Shown piece after piece: positions 61,087-64,000 of a DNA stretch of 64,000 bases. Under the pieces are notes generated by a model that saw only the letters and a program-made list of their open reading frames with translations, was not told the DNA's origin and made no database searches. Each line of letters opens with the position of its first letter. The first letter of the stretch is position 1. The DNA is from Opitutales bacterium (GTDB taxonomy: Bacteria > Verrucomicrobiota > Verrucomicrobiia > Opitutales > Coraliomargaritaceae): assembly GCA_049598495.1 (NCBI GenBank), contig JBMYNR010000001.1, forward strand, positions 1-64,000, given 5' to 3'. A program made the translations under genes and the position numbers.

Positions 61087-64000
61087 TCAGTCCTTAGCCC
61101 AAAAGCGGATCGCGAGGTCTTTGACATCCTCAAGAATCTCGTAGAAAGCGGGGACGAGAAGGAGCGTGATGAGCGTAGCAAAGAGGACGCCGAAGCTAAG
61201 TGAGATGGCCATGGGGATGAGGAACTGAGCCTGGAGGCTGGTCTCGAAGAGGACAGGGAGGAGCCCGGCAAAGGTGGTCAGTGAGGTGAGTATGATCGGG
61301 CGAAAACGAGCAGCGCCGGATGTTTCAATGGCCTCTCTAAGGGGGATGCCCCGCGTCCGTTCCTGGTTGATAAAGTCGACGAGCACGAGGCTATCGTTGA
61401 CGACCACGCCGGCCAGCGCGACGAAACCGAGTACGGAGAGAATGCTCATGGGGTTGCCCATGATGATATGGCCTCCGATCGCACCAATCAGTCCGAAGGG
61501 GATGACGACCATGACAATGAAGGGCTGGATGTAGGACTTCAGAGGTACGGCCAGCAGCGCGTAAATAATAAAGAGGGCAATGAGCGTCATTTGCCCCAGG
61601 CTGGCGAAGATGTCGGCCTGTTCCCGAGCCTCCCCTTCAAAGGACCAGGAAATCCCTGGCTTGTCTTCAAGAATCATATCGATTGTGCTCACTTGGTCTT
61701 CGAAGCCGAAGGTGCGCATGAGCCCTCCGATTGGACCTTGGGGCGTGGTGAATCCCTTTAGTTCCTGTTTGATGAGTCGGAGATCGGCTACACTCTTATC
61801 GGCATCGGCGGTGATGTTAATGACCCGTCGACGGTCGACCCGGGTGATGGCAGAGAAGCCTTCGGTGATTTCGAAATCGGCCACTTCCTCGAAGGGGATT
61901 TCTTGGCCGCCGCGGGTGCGAATGCGGAGGGTTTCCAGGTTTTCAACGGAGCGGCGTTCCTCGGGTGGGTAGCGCACCATAACTTTTATATCGTCGCGTC
62001 CGCGCTGGATACGTTGGGCTTCGATTCCTTGGAAGGCGGCACGCACTTGGCGGCCGAGGTCAGCCTGTCGGAGGCCGAGTGGTTCGGCACTCGGATGAAT
62101 TTTTAGCTGAATTTCACGTTTCCCGCTGCTGTAGTTGTCCTTGATATCGAAGAGTCCCTCGTAGCTGGCGAGCTGCGCCTTGATTGCCTCGGCGGCTGCG
62201 CGGAGCTGATCGAAGTCGCGCCCAGAGAGTTGGATGTCGATCGGGGCGCCGATTGCGCCTGCCGCATTGGCATTAAAGGAAAGCTCCTTGACGCCGGCGA
62301 TGGGCCCGATCAGTTCCCGCCAACGATTGGCCAGCGATGGAGCGGAGAAGGCCTCAATTTCACCGCCGGCGAGGAGGTCTTCGCGCTTGGTCAGCTCCAC
62401 TGCGATCTCGGCGATGTTGGTGCCGGTGTTTTGGAGGGCTTCGCCCATCGGGCCACCGCTGCCTTCGAAGGGCTGTGCGCCGATGGTGATAACGGCGTTT
62501 TGGAAGGGGTTTCCGTGGCCAAGTTCCTCGATCTCCTTCGTCAGTTTTTGGAGCCCTGCGTTCATCTGTTCAATGGCCCGCTCGGTCAACTCGACCGGGG
62601 TGCCTTCAGGCATGACGAGTTTGGCTACGATGTAGTCGGAAGGAACGGGGGGGAAAAAGACAAAGGGGAGATGTCGGCCGCCGAGCATGCCGAACATGAT
62701 GAGGAGAATGGCAATGAAGATGGCCGTGGTGGTGTAGCGGAACTCGATGGCCAGCTTGAGGACGGGGCGGTATCGCCGCTCAACGAAGCGCTCGAGCCCT
62801 TCAGCGATCCTGCGCTGCTGGCGCTGGAGCCAGTTGATCTGATCGGCCCTACGCCCGCTGCCGACTTTACAGAGGGTGAGGTGGTAGGGTAGCACAAGTT
62901 TCGATTGGATGAGCGACCAGATGAGGGTGGCGATGACCACGACCGGGATTGGATAGAAGAATTTACCAAGGAAACCAGGGATGGTGAGAATGGGCAGGAA
63001 GGCCACGATGGTGGTGAGTACGGCGAAGGTCACTGGTGTGGCCACACGCTTCGTGCCCGCGACGGAGGCGGCCACTCCCGGGCCCCCGTGTTTCTGGAAT
63101 TGGGTAAAGACGCTCTCGCCCACAATGATGGCGTCATCGACCACGATTCCGAGCACAAGGATGAAGCCGAAGAGCGAGGCTAGGTTGATGCTGATATCGA
63201 GCCAGGGGAGGAAAAGTAGTGAGCCGAGAAAGGATATCGGGATACCCAGCATCACAAAGAAGGCGAGCGAGGGGCGGAGGAAGAGGGTGAGAATTAAAAG
63301 GACGAGGAGCAGGCCGTAGGCCCCGTTCTCGATCAACATCCTGAGGCGACCTTTTAGGTAAAAGGTGAAGTCGCGGAAGCTCTCGACTTGGATGCCTTCC
63401 GGCAAGTTCGCATTGATCTCCTGAGCAAAGCTCTGCACTCGTTTGGCGACATCGAGGGCGCTCTCGTCGCCCACCGCAAAGATTCTCAGGAGAACAGCGC
63501 GTTTTCCGTTGAACTCGGTGACCAGGGGGTCGTCGACAAAGCCGTCATCCACCGTGGCGATATCGCCGATCCGAATGACTGTTCCGTCGATATCCGTCAT
63601 CAAGGGGATTTTCTCGAAACCCTCGCCCGTGTATTGCTTCCCCGAGGTGCGCAGTAGGATCTCGCCGCCGTGGGACTTGATGGCGCCGCCCGGCACATCG
63701 ACGGAGGATTCGCGCACGGCGTCGACCACCTGATCGAAACTTAGGCCGTATTGACGTAGTGATATCTCGGATACATTAATCGAGATCTCGAAATTGGCGA
63801 TACCCTTTATGTCAACCTGTGTGATGCGCTCGCGAACATTGAGCTCGTCGCGAATATATTCGGCCACCTCCTTGAGTGTTTTCGCATCAACGTCCCCATA
63901 GATTGCCATCGAGATGACCTCGTTGCGGATGAGCAACTCTTCGACGGTCGCTTCCTCGGCGTTTTCAGGGAAATTATCTATCGCGTCGATCCGCACCTTG
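61087..64000 (-). CDS. RND efflux permease, AcrB family (5' end outside window)
   Basis: LGIVVDDAIIVGE, GVVVNDSLVL, RFRPIILTSLTT. Confidence 0.94.
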   Translation of the reverse strand, partial: KVRIDAIDNFPENAEEATVEELLIRNEVISMAIYGDVDAKTLKEVAEYIRDELNVRERITQVDIKGIANFEISINVSEISLRQYGLSFDQVVDAVRESSVDVPGGAIKSHGGEILLRTSGKQYTGEGFEKIPLMTDIDGTVIRIGDIATVDDGFVDDPLVTEFNGKRAVLLRIFAVGDESALDVAKRVQSFAQEINANLPEGIQVESFRDFTFYLKGRLRMLIENGAYGLLLVLLILTLFLRPSLAFFVMLGIPISFLGSLLFLPWLDISINLASLFGFILVLGIVVDDAIIVGESVFTQFQKHGGPGVAASVAGTKRVATPVTFAVLTTIVAFLPILTIPGFLGKFFYPIPVVVIATLIWSLIQSKLVLPYHLTLCKVGSGRRADQINWLQRQQRRIAEGLERFVERRYRPVLKLAIEFRYTTTAIFIAILLIMFGMLGGRHLPFVFFPPVPSDYIVAKLVMPEGTPVELTERAIEQMNAGLQKLTKEIEELGHGNPFQNAVITIGAQPFEGSGGPMGEALQNTGTNIAEIAVELTKREDLLAGGEIEAFSAPSLANRWRELIGPIAGVKELSFNANAAGAIGAPIDIQLSGRDFDQLRAAAEAIKAQLASYEGLFDIKDNYSSGKREIQLKIHPSAEPLGLRQADLGRQVRAAFQGIEAQRIQRGRDDIKVMVRYPPEERRSVENLETLRIRTRGGQEIPFEEVADFEITEGFSAITRVDRRRVINITADADKSVADLRLIKQELKGFTTPQGPIGGLMRTFGFEDQVSTIDMILEDKPGISWSFEGEAREQADIFASLGQMTLIALFIIYALLAVPLKSYIQPFIVMVVIPFGLIGAIGGHIIMGNPMSILSVLGFVALAGVVVNDSLVLVDFINQERTRGIPLREAIETSGAARFRPIILTSLTTFAGLLPVLFETSLQAQFLIPMAISLSFGVLFATLITLLLVPAFYEILEDVKDLAIRFWAKD

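Overview
Bacterial chromosomal window of moderately high GC. Gene content, repeat style and C-rich leaders with no obvious Shine-Dalgarno suggest Verrucomicrobiota, probably Opitutae (inference only). It is mostly housekeeping: manA, yebC, kdsD, mutL, sufU/sufT, pfp, aroC, degP, hom, recN, folA/thyA, dciA, rsmG, coaE, rho, valS, dxs, xseB, pta and murJ. It also holds a peptide ABC system with a fused OppB-OppC permease, a pilB-pilT-pilB-pilC cluster, two type II toxin-antitoxin pairs, an IS110 remnant, a pilin pseudogene missing from the ORF track, and many GTAG/GGAG REP-like palindromes. No tRNA, rRNA or CRISPR array was seen. Best novel candidate: two tandem copies (36091-36183, 36297-36389) of a ~90-nt structured motif with covarying stems and two conserved GGGGUA elements, likely a pair of sibling small RNAs. 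Also notable: a 72-76 bp structured module inserted at the same position of a REP loop at two loci, a MutL lacking its endonuclease motifs, a CobW-like pseudo-GTPase, and a Rho with a long low-complexity N-terminus. All calls come from reading the sequence and recognising motifs; no database searches were run.
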